A program made the position numbers and the translations under genes. Of a stretch of 64,000 bases of DNA, positions 1 to 13,110 are shown piece after piece. The notes beneath the pieces are model-generated. The model was not told where the DNA came from, searched no databases, and was given only the letters and a program-made list of their open reading frames with translations. This stretch comes from Lophium mytilinum (Eukaryota), in the NCBI GenBank assembly GCA_010093605.1, contig MU004194.1, forward strand, positions 1,030,323 through 1,094,322. The letters run 5' to 3'. How positions within the stretch are numbered: position 1 is the stretch's first letter; every line of letters starts with the position of its first letter.

Positions 1-2001
1 CCTTCACCTCGACGAACCCCGGTAGGGCACGCTCGACTAGATCCGCGTACCCGCGGACTTCATCGGCCATATTGAAGTTCTTGACGAGGGTAAGACGGAA
101 GACGGTACGCTGTTCGAGTCTCCGCCTCTTCAGGATGTCCAGACACGCGCAGAAGCGCTCCCAGAAGTCTCGATGGAGGGGTCTGTCGATCTTCCTTAGA
201 CTGTCTTTGTTCGATGCGTCGATGGAGACATACAGCTGTGTGACGGGGATTAGGGCCTCGAGTTGGGCGGGGTGCTGTGCGTTACAGACTAGGAAGGTCG
301 AAATGCGGTTCGCGTGCATAATGGCCACAAGCTCGTTGATGTGTGGGTAGAAAATAGGCTCGCCGACGAGGGAGAGGGCGCAGTGCCGGATGCGCATGGC
401 TTCTGCAAAGCGCTCGGCGCGGACGCCGGGGACGCCTTTCATCGCTTTGATCTTCTTGTAGTGGGCGGTCGTAATGCCATCGAATATTACTTCAGGGGCG
501 TCGGTGATCCAGCGCCAGGTTGTTCCTACAGGATTGGTGCCATGGCGCCAGCAGAAGACACATTTATTGCTGCAGGATAGGGAGGGCGTGGCTTCCATGC
601 AGAGATGGGATGCAATGCCGTAGAACGAGTATTTGTAGCATGATCCACGGCCTCTGAGTGCGGACTTGGTCCACCGGCAGATTTTTACACCAGAGTGAGA
701 ACCGATGATGCTGTAGCCTTGCTTGGTGAGAGAGGCATGGGTCGGAGAGGACGTCGGGACCATTTCTTTCAGTTGAACTACTGCAGGAGTCTTCCGCTTA
801 GACTTGTATGTCGTGAAGTCGATCGCCAAAGGCGCTGATTCGGCAGCTTCCTCTGTATTGATCATTCGCCCAAGGTCCTCGAGATCGTCCACTCTTGCGG
901 TTTTCTGAGGCTTCCGCGCTTTCGTGGATTCCTCGTCGCTGTTGTCCACGTCCTCCATATCCTCCTCGTCGCTCTCTACGGGATTTCCACTCCCTGCCAC
1001 TCCGTCACCTAGCCCCCTTCCCGCAGCGATCTCGATTACAACCTCTTGTACACCCATTCGCCACTCGTTCAGCCTCTCTTGCGCAGCACCCTTAACATCT
1101 CCCATGCCTAGTGGGAATGCTCGCTTCCTCCCCGTTAGCTTCGCTAACCACTTGTCCACTTGTTTCGCCTGTGAGCAGAACCCTTCTTCCTCTGTCGGCC
1201 ATCCTTCCTTGTCCCCAAAGCCGAAAACGCTATACCCAAGTAGCCCAGACAGCGGTGCGGTATCGATGCGGAAGTCGTTGTGGGTTTCTTGAAGATTCTC
1301 GAGGAAAATGTCGAGTACCGTGTCGATGTCATATGAGGGAAGTAGGACGAGATAGACGTATTTCGTGTTTGGGTCCGTCTTTGGAGGGCTGATAAAGTAG
1401 TCATCGTACTCGATGTAGGAAAGGTCAAGGAGCTCGGGCCTTAGTAGAGACTGAATGTCTGAAGTAGCTTCAATCCATGTCGCCAACTCCTCTGCAAATT
1501 TGGTCGCAAAGACTTCCGTAGTCGCTGCGAGTGAGGAGAAGAAAATCAATGGCTGAATCTTATCTGTTGTGTGGTCGAAGTCTTTGGCTTGTTTCTGCCC
1601 TGATTTGAGTTTCACTCCCTTCACCGTCTTCGGCCCTCGATTCCGCAGTTGCACCAATGGGGGTGATGAGTCCTCGGCGCGAATTTCTGGGAGCAAGGTT
1701 TGTTTCTCCGTGCGGCCCTCTAGCTGCCACGGAAGACTGATGTCTTCGTCTTTCTCAGCTGGAGAAGCCGGGGCTGGCGACAGAGAAAGCCTTTCGCGCT
1801 TCCTTCTGGCATTCTGAATCAGTCGTATGGCTGCAATCAGCGATATTGCGGAAAGGATGACGGGCAGTCTGTGGGCATGCCAGATCTCGAATATCTCTGT
1901 TCACTTTGTTAAAGCCGTTTCCGAATAGTCTGGAGGGATCAGAGCAGTTCTGAAAATGCCTTACCGGTAGGCAATTGCCCAAGTCGCGTTGAGAAATCCA
2001 T
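1..2001 (-). CDS. TYW1: tRNA wybutosine-synthesizing protein 1 (flavodoxin + radical SAM), 3' end outside window
   Basis: Manual translation: ATG at 2001 (MDFSTRLGQLPT), GT-AG intron ending at 1897, N-terminal hydrophobic segment, flavodoxin-like region. The radical-SAM part includes SCSNKCVFCWRH and QLYVSIDASNKDSLRKIDRPLHRDFWERF...RTVFRLTLVKNFN. The frame is still open at position 1, so it is absent from the ORF track. Confidence 0.92.
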
Positions 2002-2149
2002 TGCGGGGTTGTGTAGTTTCGCTGCAGGTTTCGCCCGTGGAGTTTTGAATGGCGGGGTGGTGCCAAGATTTCAATTTGTCGGATGCGAAATAGCACGGAA
2101 TCCTCGGCTAAATTATTTGAGCTCCGCATTACAATTTCAACATCCCCAC

Positions 2150-2470
2150 TACAAGATAGAAGCTATAGTCTTAAATTTTTTATAGTATACTCTTAGTCTA
2201 TAGTTTACTTAAGCCCTTTAATCTTAGCCTATAATATGTACTAAGAGAGGAGTTATTCTAGTACAAAGTTGGCCTCGAAAGCTGCCAAGATGTGCTAAAT
2301 TAGCGCGATTATAACTTATCGCGTCTAATTCTCCTCTACCCTAATTAAAACCGCCAATATTAAATATTAGAAGCTGAAACCTCTAGTAAGGGCTTCTTAT
2401 ATGTAGATAAGTATCCTAGGAGTGCTGCACCCGTTATTTAGGTCTGCGTTGTGGAGCTAGTTTTAGCACT
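2150..2470. repeat. AT/TpA-rich RIP-like relic (degraded repeat or TE fragment)
   Basis: Abrupt AT-rich patch dense in TA/TAG/CTA words (tatagtatactcttagtctatagtttacttaag) with no ORF, in otherwise GC-balanced DNA. Confidence 0.5.
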
Positions 2471-2901
2471 CACAGGATTTTTGTGGTGAGAAAGCTCGAA
2501 AAAGTCCGCCAAGGATTCCGTGCTATTTCGCATCCGACAAATGTCATCGATCGCGCTTCAATTACGAATGGGCAAACTTCTGCGAGTGAATGGAGGTGTA
2601 CTGAGTTCTTTTTATCAAGTAAGAGCTTTTCCTGTGCTCCTTCCATGCTCTCGTTTAGAGATGCCTTCATTTGATCAGAGACGAAGATAGTTAAGGCATC
2701 GCTTTGCTACAACGCCAATTCTGATATCGCTTCATATCCGTGCTTTCCAGGCTTTACCCAAGCCGAAACGCTGAATGTATGTTTACAAATGCCGCCAAGC
2801 CTCTACGTCTTTTCTCTCGATGATCCTTTGGAGGGTCTTGCTAAAACGAGCGCTAAGGATATGGAAAAAGAGAAAGTCGCAGCCCCGCCCGTAGACTTCG
2901 A

Positions 2902-5549
2902 TCAACCAAGCAGCTCGACATCCAATCCGATTGCCCGCATGAAAAGATTCACGTGTCCTAGCCTCACACTAGCTAGCTCAGCCGGAAGTGCCTTGCTTAC
3001 TGCCACAGTGTCCATCACCCGATCCTTGACGCCAAGGACCAGTCTCTGCTGCTGCTCGGGACTAGCACCGACACCCATGGCCGCGAGGAACTGCCATACA
3101 TACACATCCTCTGTGTCATTGACCGACCCTGGGAAGATCAACGGAAGGACGGGCTCAACGGCGTCGAAGAGTCGGTTGTAAAGCTGCATCCACTGTTCCC
3201 AGTCGCCCGGATTCATTTCTGGTGTTGATTGTTTCACTAGCTCAGCTCGCGAGATGAGCATTGTGAGAAGTGACATGCCGATCTTGGTGCGAGCGACAAG
3301 GTGTAGATTCGTGCGATCCAGAATAAGGCCCAAAAGCCCAATGACGATGTTCAAAGGAGATTCTGCGATATGGCCAAACAGCGGCGGCATCACTGCATGT
3401 GAGAAGAGTTCGACCTCTTCGCGGATCGCAGGAGATAGATTCGGCTCATCCGCAGACGGAATGGCCTTTGCCACCACTGACAGCATATCAAGGTGGACGA
3501 CGATCATAGTGAGCATGATGATGCGCTGTTGCTCGTCGATTTGGCGGAAGATTCGTGGAATAGCCTTCTTGCCCTTTGCATGCGATAGAATCGCGATGAA
3601 CGGATGAGGCGTAAGAGAGCTGAACAAATCGTTAGAGACTGTACTGAACTCAAAAGATTGCTTGAGCACTTACTTCGGATTGATAGGCTCCATGATTTTC
3701 AGGTCTTGCCACAGTGTCTCATGCAGCTTTTGGGTCTGGGTTTGCCATTCCATGTGTGCCTGGATAGTTTGCGGATCACTATTCTCAGCTAAAGGTGGAG
3801 GCATTCGCCGCTCGTGGTCCTCTAGTTTCATCAGACAGTCGTACACATTCTCGATGTTTCGCAGCGTCGTCTTGCGATCAATGATGGGTGAACCATGCGC
3901 ATTCACTCCGCTAGGTCTTCGGCCCGACCCTTGAGTGCCATCTCCATGGTCCGGGCGCTTGATGTTCAGGAGTGGCTTGGGTGTCTTCGAATTGCTAAAG
4001 GATATTTTTCCCAAACTTCCTTCAATCACAAGTTGCTTATTCTTAGGCTTGGCCTTTGCAGCCTCTACAGCTCGCTGTACCTGCTGCTCCATCCGCTGCA
4101 TATGGTTGTCTCCGCCTCGGTGGTGTCTGCGACCCATGCCATACCTACCACCGGTTTGGAATAGATATGTCTGAGCAAACTGGCTAGCGGGCTGATGCGG
4201 GTTTTGCCGCGGTGTTCCTCGGATCTGACAATACACCTGGTAGTAAAAGTCTTCTGTGAGCGCCGCTTCTGGCCCATGCTCTTCAAGACCACCCGTCGCA
4301 GCCATGAGCTGCTGCAATTGGATCCGAGTGATGAAATTCTTGTCCTGTGGAGTCATAAGTCCATTATCTTTGGACAACAGATGAATCTTGTGGTTTCTCT
4401 TAGCACGCTTGGCATCTTCGATCAGATACGCGGCTCGTTCTTCTTCGGTGAGGTGGAGGAGTTGCTCTGGGTGAGTCACGACACCAGGGAAAGAAGGGCC
4501 TCGGGCATGAGCAGGCCCCATTTGGGGTCCTCGCTGGAACTCGCCTTGTCTCTGTTGGCCTGGCTGAGTGATTGGCTGACCGTGGCCAGAGAGCCTGTTG
4601 GGGTTTTGCAAGATCTGTCTCGGCTGAGAAGGGGGACGTTGAGCATGCTGCACTGGCGTGTGCCGCGCAGACTGATCAGGTCCTGACTGCCTGCTACGTT
4701 GCAGAATCGTCGGCTGCTGTTGGACAGGAGGTGGAACAGCATGACCAGGCAATTCAGCGTGCGCTTGAGGTGGGGCTCGCGAGGTAGGTGGCTGCTGGGG
4801 ACGCTGCAATATTTGCGGCGGGCCAGAGAAGCCACCTTGCTGACCAGGAATCTGTCCATATTGTGCAGGATATTGCGCCTGTGATGGGAAGGCAGCCGCT
4901 TGAGGTGCAGGCTGAGGCGCTGGTTTCTTACTCTGAGAAAGCATCATTGCCTCTACCTCTTCCAGACTCATCATCTTCCTCGCCGGAGCAGCAGGTGGAG
5001 CTTGGCTTTCCTGTCGCGGGTGTGATTGTTGAGGCTGGGCTTGCCTCTTGGGGTTGATGCCCCAGATGCTCGCATTGGCCTCTAGATCGGGGATGTAGGT
5101 GGGCTGGGCATACGGCTCATAACCACTCTTCGCAGGTTTGGCCGGTTGGGTGTTGTGCCTCGTGGCATGGATGTTGGGAGGAGGCTGTTTTGCCTGCCAG
5201 AGCAGGCCCTCTCCCTCAATAGCATCGGCGACGCGTGAGGTCTGGCCAGCGAAGTCGAAGTCCTTGCCGACAGCCTGCGCAGTATCGTTTCCGAACGTAT
5301 CATCGTTGAAGGTGTCATCAGTCTCGTCGAGTTGGTCGCCTAGTCCGTCGTAGGTCTCTTCAAAATCGAGGCTGGGCAGATCAGTACCGTGGGGTTAAAG
5401 GCTTGCAGAAAGACTCACGCGTCATCATCGTCTGCCACACCTTTACCAGAGAGACCCGCAAAGGCATCTTGAGCCTGGCCAAAGCCCGGGGCCTTGGAAG
5501 AATGGCCGCGGTCTCTCGGAAGGGTGGCATCGAAGCCGAAGAAGGACAT
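2902..5549 (-). CDS. PAT1: mRNA decapping activator / topoisomerase II-associated protein Pat1
   Basis: Start MSFFGFDATLPRDR at 5549; motifs MMSLEEVEA, LMTPQDKNFITRIQLQQL, EDFYYQVY, GSLGKISFSNSKTPKPLL; C-terminus NLFMRAIGLDVELL. Introns near 5373-5418 and 3620-3673. Confidence 0.93.
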
Positions 5550-6332
5550 GGTGGGGAGCCCCAGTGGTCAGAGACGGTGGCTATGGCTCGGTACGTAGGC
5601 GTGGCTATGTCCAGGAGTAAGGACGGTACGGGCAGCAGTGCGATGGCAGCTACATGTAAGAAGCTGCAGAGCTTGGTGGGGTGGCCAGCATATGTCGCGC
5701 AGCGGGTGTCTCTAGATGTCGATTGAGACGAATGGGGAACAATATCCTAGATGAATGAAGTCTGTCAGCGAGTGGTCCGCGCAGCAATGCAGCAGCAGCA
5801 GACGGCCACAGTTAGGTGACGGCGACGTCGAGGTTCGTTGGCGACGGGTGGTGTGGGAGCGTGTTTTGATGGTGGTGGAGTTGATGACGGCTTTCGCCGT
5901 TTCACCCGCCAAGCAGTCACGTGGCAATCCGAACTATGCGTTGCTCCTTGCGCGGCCTCGTCCCTGAGAGGCGCATCAATCAGCCCAGCTTTATTCGACT
6001 CCCTCTCCCTTTTCTCCCCACTCTGCTCTTCTTCTCCTGGTTCTGTGTCGCCCCTCTGCTTCTCTCTCCCGCCAACCCGCCTCGCATTACCATTGCCCGG
6101 CGCATCCTTTGTCTCCTCTCTTCTTTCCTTGGTACCTTTGTCCGTCTGGGCACCCGTGGACCGCGCCCAGTGCCACTGAGGACAACGAATCCCCCCTTGG
6201 CCTCGTGTCCCTCCTAGACCTCGCTCCCACAAACCTCCCTCCTCACATCATCTTCCAGCAACCGTCAAGGTGGAGGGCAAAACGGGCAACTCCTCTGAAA
6301 AGGCCCAGCTGTTCGATCAGCCGCCTTCCAAG

Positions 6333-7692
6333 ATGGCGGGCACGCAGCGATATCTGCGCTACATCATATTTGCACTTGTGGTACGTCAATTCAATGCGTA
6401 TCGTTAGCCATTGCATGTGCTGACTCCCTCCAGTGCCTAATCCTTCTCTTCTTCATCTCCTCATCCTCCACCGTCCCCTCGACACCGTGGCAGAACGGCA
6501 AACCGGAGACAGTGGATGAGCCCGAGATTGGGAACCAGAGCACCTCGCCCAAGACTGCCCCTACGACCCCGAATACCCAGAACGAGCTTTCCCCGGCCAC
6601 CGCATCTGGGGACCGTATGAACGCGACCTTTGTCACTCTTGCCAGGAACTCGGATCTCTGGGAGATTTCTCGCTCCATTCGCCAGGTTGAGGACCGCTTC
6701 AATCGCAAGTTCAACTACGACTGGGTCTTCCTCAACGATGATGACTTCGACGACGAGTTCGTCAAGGTTACCACGTCCCTAGTCTCCGGCAAAACAAAGT
6801 ACGGCAAAATCCCCACCGAGCATTGGTCCTTCCCCGACTTCATCGACCAGGACAAGGCTGCTGCAGTCCGTGAGGAAATGAAGGAGAAGAAGATCATTTA
6901 CGGTGACTCTATCAGCTACAGACACATGTGTCGATATGAATCCGGGTTTTTCTTCCGTCACCCGTTGATGCTGGACTACGAGTGGTACTGGCGTGTGGAG
7001 CCCAGCATTGAGCTCTTCTGCGACATCAACTACGATACCTTTAAATTCATGGCCGACAACAAGAAGAAATACAGTTTCGTCCTCAGCTTGTACGAATACG
7101 TCGAGACCATTCCAACCCTTTGGGACGCCGTCAAGAACTTTACCGCATCACACCCCGAGCACATTGTCAAAGACAACTCTATGGGCTTCCTGAGTGATGA
7201 TAACGGCGAATCTTACAACCATTGCCATTTCGTAAGTACCACGAAGCACCCTTACTTCCGTAGATCTAATTTTGCTCTCGCAGTGGTCCAACTTCGAGAT
7301 CGGCAACCTAGACTGGCTGCGCTCGAAGGCATACGTCGATTACTTCGAATCTCTCGACCATTCCGGCGGCTTCTTCTATGAACGATGGGGCGACGCGCCT
7401 GTGCACTCGATCGCGGCTGGTTTGATGCTCCAGAAGGACGAGATTCACTTTTTCAACGACATTGCATACTACCACGTGCCCTTCACCCATTGCCCAACGG
7501 GCCAGCAGACACGACTGGATCTGAAGTGCCACTGCAACCCTAAGGACAACTTTGACTGGAATGGGTATTCATGTAAGTTGAACGCCACCATCATATAATC
7601 GAAACGTGTCTCTGACCCTTTGAACAGGCACTTCGCGCTTCTATGAGGTCAATGGAATGACAAAGCCAGAGGGGTACGAAAAGGAGCAATAA
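6333..7692 (+). CDS. Alpha-1,2-mannosyltransferase, glycosyltransferase family 15 (KRE2/KTR/MNT1-like)
   Basis: Type II anchor ([24 protein letters not shown]); motifs [48 protein letters not shown]. Three short introns. Confidence 0.93.
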
Positions 7693-8443
7693 ATACCGTT
7701 AAACCAACACCAGTAATTCCCACTCACCTCCAACTACTCTCCTCGGCAACCCCCTCATCCTCTCCGTATCACTCATCATACACCGCGCCCCCCAACTGAC
7801 TCCTTTGCTGTCGGATAGCGCTCCCGCATCTGCTAAGGAATGGAGTTTCTGGCTCCTCAAACGCATCTTCCTTGTAATCCTCATCATTGCGGCGTTAGGC
7901 ACTTGGCTAGGTTCGAAGACAAGGCGGCCCGGGTTCGGTTAAGGAGTGCGTATCACTGGAAACAAAGCCAGATCTGCATTATCTATTTGCTCTTGGTTGC
8001 ATCTTTCATTCGCGCTCCGTCGTGTACTTGATGGAATAGGGACTGCTTTGTGGTTTAAGACTACGCTGGTCGGCAGGTGGCGTTTATGGATGTGCATGGC
8101 ATTGCACGGCATGGCTTGAGCTGGACAGTTAAGGGAAATGTTTTGCAGTTACGTGTGTATCATCAGCTTCACGACAAAAACATCGAGTTCGTCGTGAGCC
8201 AAACCAGGTTTCTTCATCTTGCTAAACGGTCTTCAAGCTAGTCTTTGTGGCTAGCTCATATCTAGAGCTGTCAAATCCTCAGCCGTGCTAGTTCCTCCCC
8301 ATCCTCAGTCAACTTAATAATTTATATCGCCAACGAGGTCGCCATTTGACTCACTTATCTGGAAAGAAGAAGAAGTGTATTCATCGTAACACAGGATTCG
8401 TGAACCATGTCCTACTACAGGGCGTCTCAAATCCATCTCTCCT

Positions 8444-9355
8444 CTACTCTTCCTTCGAGAAGAACCCAACATCCCCACTCACCTTTCCCAACTCCACTAG
8501 CCTCTCCAGCATCCCCTCCGCTCTCACCTTAACCTCTTCCTCCAACGCCCCAAAATCACACCTACCCACCCACTCCCCAACTCCATGCTGCAGCACATTC
8601 CTCGCCCTCCCCTTCCCACCCCTCACACACCCCACACTCCCATGCAACGTCATCCTCTCCCTTCCCTTATCATACGCCCCACGATGCAAAATATTATTAT
8701 CATAAAATACCACATCGCCAGCACCCAACTTCACCTTTATCTCCCCCTCTAACCCCCTCTCATATGGCCCCGCCGCCCTCTCCTCTTCCGTCCTCGCCCG
8801 CCTCTGACTCCCCGGCACCACGATCAAACTCTCATCCTCGTACAGCGGCAGATTCCACTGCGCATGCCATGCCGGCCGCCCCAACCTCTCCATCTCCTCT
8901 TCCGGCCCCGCGTCCGCCGGCACGTCATCCCGGTGCCACCGCAGCTCGAAGTCTTCGTCAGGCCGGACTAAGAGATTGTAGAGTTCCATGACCAGCTCGT
9001 CCTCAGTGCAGCCCCCGCCGATCAGCTCAGCCACGACGGCGAGCAGCGGCGCGGAGAAGTAGCTTGAGGCGAAGAGGAGGTGGTCGGGGAGGTCTGGGTG
9101 CAAAAGGTGTTGCACGCCCCAGATCCCCGCCGAGGGGTCGGCGGGCCAAGGAGGAAACTGCTTGGGGAGCGTGCGGATGTAAGGCCAGGCGCCGGAGCGG
9201 GCGAGGGCGGTGGTGCGGGCGGCGGCGGCGCGGAGGGCTTCTAGAGTTTCTGGGGGGATGAAGGAGGGGAGGATGACGAAGCCGTCATGTTCGAGGGTGG
9301 CTCGGAGGTGGGATTTGGGGAGAGAGGCGGTTGTTCTGGGTATTTCGGTGGCCAT
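8444..9355 (-). CDS. Phytanoyl-CoA dioxygenase (PhyH) family 2OG-Fe(II) oxygenase
   Basis: LEHDGFVIL N-terminus, WHRD iron-binding motif, LIVVPGSQR, GDVVFYDNNILHRG, RMTLH. Confidence 0.85.
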   Translation of the reverse strand: MATEIPRTTASLPKSHLRATLEHDGFVILPSFIPPETLEALRAAAARTTALARSGAWPYIRTLPKQFPPWPADPSAGIWGVQHLLHPDLPDHLLFASSYFSAPLLAVVAELIGGGCTEDELVMELYNLLVRPDEDFELRWHRDDVPADAGPEEEMERLGRPAWHAQWNLPLYEDESLIVVPGSQRRARTEEERAAGPYERGLEGEIKVKLGAGDVVFYDNNILHRGAYDKGRERMTLHGSVGCVRGGKGRARNVLQHGVGEWVGRCDFGALEEEVKVRAEGMLERLVELGKVSGDVGFFSKEE

Positions 9356-9905
9356 TTTGGCAGAGGGAGGGAAGCTACATTGGAGGGGGTTTGGGGGGGT
9401 TATTAGTTGGGTCTACTTAGAGGTGGTATGGCTATGTTGTATCGTGATGTTGAGTTGGAGTTGAGATGGTTCGGGCGAATGAGGGCCGATTCGATAATGT
9501 CGATGCTACTCACGTGACATATCATCTCAGTACCCAGTTGAAGTATTAGGAGGAATATTACGTGCCAATGGATGAAGTGGTTAGGAGAACAGAAGAAACA
9601 ACTCTGTAGTGACACACTTAGGTAGTTCATAAATTGATATAGTTTGTGAATGTTTCGATACCAATATATTGTTCATTGGGTGACGCCTCTTGACGCACGA
9701 AAGGGTTTGATAGATACAAGTAATCGCGACGGATCTCGCTTCAGAAGAACGTAATGATCCCATCTCTATTCGATAATGGGGTTGTAACAGAATGAAAAGC
9801 GTCGAGAACTCCGTCCCAACGGCCGTTGATGTTTGCAATGATCAATTGCATATGGTATCCGTGCGAAGCCTCTTGGGCTAGACACACACTGAACATGATT
9901 CTCCT

Positions 9906-10501
9906 CTACATGTGAGCACCAGCGTTGCCCCATCTCCTCAAGTTCTCCGGGCCAGCGTGCTCGCCGTCGATCCATCGCTTCAGGGTATCCATCCACCACT
10001 CCTTAGGCTCGTCCTCTCGCTTTTCGGGAACAGTAGTGGGAACAGGTAGAGGCTTCAAGGCAGTGACAAAGGTGGAAGGAAAGGGAAAGCCAAAAGAGCC
10101 GGTTCCTGTGGGGCCAGCTGTACCGACAGTACCAGTACCAGTTGTAATGAGAGCTCCTCGGCGCTCACGCCTAGCGCGGCCGGGAGTTGGCTCAGGAACG
10201 GCGAAGGGTGCTGAAGTCGGTGCAAGGTCATATCGGACCTTGAGCTTTCTGACGCCAGTGGCTACGGGAATGGGTACGAAGCCACTGCTGGCAGTGCCGG
10301 TAGGAAAGCCGGTAGGGAAGCCTGTGCTAGCGGTAGCTATAACAGGGCCGTGCTGGTAGCCAAAAAGGTCGGCGAAGATATCTTTAGGGAGAAGGTCAGC
10401 ATCTAAGGTTCTTCGTAGGGGTGGCATGGCTATCACGTACCAGCTGATGCTACGCCAACGGATCCAAGGATCAAGAAAGATCGGAGAGTGTTGAAGAGCA
10501 T
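9906..10501 (-). CDS. Secreted Thr/Pro/Gly-rich protein with dibasic sites
   Basis: ATG at 10501 encodes the signal peptide MLFNTLRSFLILGSVGVASA. A GTACGT...AAG intron (10440-10382, GCTGAC branch site) joins it in frame to DIFADLFGYQHGP... of the 9906..10568 ORF. Confidence 0.65.
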
Positions 10502-12366
10502 GGTTGCGGAATTGCTCTATATAATCGGTACTCGGAAAGCGAATGATAAACGGTCTTTCGAATGGCACAGCCAGAAAGAGTGAAAAAGGAGCAGCGAAAG
10601 ACAGACTACCTAAGACAAGTCTTAGGATTGAAAGAAGGTGGTGGTAAAGTGAAAGAAAAGAAGCTCAAGAGCTTGAATAAGTAGAGAACGAGAGTGAGTC
10701 CGCGATACTCAAACGGTACAGAAGAAAGCGGATGTACTTGATGAAGCAGCTACATTGCTCCATTTATTGGCTTTCTAAGGCTATCCCGCCTAGTTGATTG
10801 CTTCTCCACAAAAGAAGCAGCAGTACCACGATCTCCTTCCATAACAACCGTTACAAAGCCCTGCAGTACTACCCTCAAGCCTCATTGGAAGCACACCAAC
10901 CCGGTACTTCTGCAGATCGTGAACAGAAACATGTCGGAGAGGCCGGGAGGATGTTTCTGTTTCCGGGTGGTCGCCCAATCAACGGAGCATCTACTATTCG
11001 TGCCGCCAGAAACGATGCATGAGCGACCTCGCCAAGCTCTCTAAGGCAGGAGGACGGTGGTACGCATGCTCCTTCCATTAAGGTATTCGGCCGTTGAGTT
11101 AGATGGCAGTGTACCAGGGAGAGAGGATCTTGCGGCTGTAGGGAAGGCGGCTAGGAAATAAGGAGATTAAGTCCACTTTTTCGCTTGCCGATCCGTTTCG
11201 AGCGCCCCTGTTCACGAAAATGATGGCGAATCACATCCCCATCACGTGTTTCATCCTCCTTCAGCCGATTACGAGTCGCATGAACGCTAGGGACCCATTA
11301 AAACACTCAACTACAATCGTCTTTCTTCGATTAAGTGCGCCACCGCAATAGGAATGTTCTTGATCAAAGCACTGTTGCAGACCAAACTCCGAAGTTAACA
11401 TCCTTGTTCCTGAGGTGCATTTGGCTATCGACTTCAACGACGGGATCACGCAACAAAAGGTCCTATCTCGAGAACACTGCCTTATCTTTCGGCGAGCTGT
11501 TGCGAAACTAGGCTCAGGGTGGCTGTAGGAATCTCGGAAAGATTACGAACGACAGCTGACCTCTTCACCACACCGCAAAGGCCGTCTTTGTCCACCAAGA
11601 TCATCCTATTCTTTCAGCATCCATATACGATAGCTGATACACAGCTAGCACTTACGCATATGATAGGGTACTGAACCGCCGCACTTTATGAGCGGAAGAC
11701 CTGCCGGAGATGCCTACGGTTCATTCATTCCCGGAGCTCAAATCCCGTCTGGATGTTTCACAGCGCAGCTCGGCCCATCTAGGCATGTCTGGTCTGAGAG
11801 TCAAACGAATCGCTCTTTCTGTTATACAAGCCGAAAAGGAAAGCCCGCTTTAATCCGAAAGACTAAAAATTGCTTGATATTCTGCGATCCTATCAACATT
11901 TCAGAAATTGAATTTCATTCCCTTCATCATTCCGCTTCATTCTCTTACTTGATGCCCATTACATGAGCACTGGATTCTCACTCCTCCCCCGGCTCTTTGG
12001 TTGCTCTACAAGCAATTTTAGTCATTAGTGATGCTTCTGCAGAATGACATCCATGGCCGAACACGATCACTCATCGTTCCAAGGGTTAAGCCTCTACAAT
12101 CTACATTGTGTGTACGCCGTCTAAGGGTTGTATATACACCACGTCTTTTGCTTTCAGCGGCCACACTCTGTGTTCTTACACCGATTCGCATTGGAGCTGC
12201 ATATTACAGGTGTGTTCTTAATTTTGCTGGTTTATAAAAAGATCCACACATCCAACCTTCACTCTAGCAACATCTTCTCCCGTTCTCTCGCGCAACAGAA
12301 CAAACGCCCCAACAACAAACTCAAGACCCTTCTCTTTGTAGACCTCTCACCAAGCCTTCCGGAATC

Positions 12367-13110
12367 ATGGATCGACCGCTCATCATCCTACCGGACTACC
12401 TTCAAGAGGAGGTCAGCCATCTCCCGAACATGAACGAACTCTTCGAGATGGAGGAGTCGGTTCGTCCCTGCACCTGGGGCAGCTTATACCATATCCTACG
12501 ATGCGGTCACAAGGTTCGCACCACCACTTCAGAGCGATGTGCAGAGAACTGCCGCATCTTTTGGAATGAGACAGATTTCGCTTACCCACGGTGCATCGAA
12601 AAGGAGCTACGCTCAATCATCGCAGCTGGTGGCGCCATGGACATTCCTGATGAAGACATCATTGAGGACATCAAGTTCGCTATTGAAGCTGAGATCGTCG
12701 CAAGTCGGAAGCGTGTTGCTACCACGGTGATGTATCGCGATCCTATAGAAGACTTCTACAGGGACAACTTCCCAGAACTGGTGGAGGCGGACACACTGAT
12801 GGAGACCACGCAGATGGAGGATGTCCAGCGCAAGTTCCTGCGTACTTCAGCGCGAGCACAGCCCTGGAACCCGGAGATCTGGCAGCGATACCACCGGAAC
12901 CATGTGGCTGATGCTCCAAATCCTACTCGTCGGTACACTCTGGCGCCAGTTCCTGCCGATAATCTTATGGATAGTCTGACTAAGGACTTTCAGTCATTTG
13001 ACACTGTAGTCCAGGACGACGAACACAACGCTCAGGTTGACGAGATCGGTGATCTGTTCGGACGTCTTGAAGCCAAGGACTCAGAACCAGACGTAAACAT
13101 GTCCACATAA
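12367..13110 (+). CDS. Orphan Cys/His zinc-motif protein, paralog 1 of tandem array
   Basis: Intronless 247-aa ORF with motif CTWGSLYHILRCGHKVRT..RCAENC..FAYPRC. Collinear and clearly homologous over its full length to 13733..14479. Confidence 0.75.
   Translation: MDRPLIILPDYLQEEVSHLPNMNELFEMEESVRPCTWGSLYHILRCGHKVRTTTSERCAENCRIFWNETDFAYPRCIEKELRSIIAAGGAMDIPDEDIIEDIKFAIEAEIVASRKRVATTVMYRDPIEDFYRDNFPELVEADTLMETTQMEDVQRKFLRTSARAQPWNPEIWQRYHRNHVADAPNPTRRYTLAPVPADNLMDSLTKDFQSFDTVVQDDEHNAQVDEIGDLFGRLEAKDSEPDVNMST

Noticed and set aside
72..1817. Plus-strand ORFs in the track over the first 1.8 kb
   Set aside because: Antisense shadows of TYW1; the same applies to most short ORFs overlapping the called genes.
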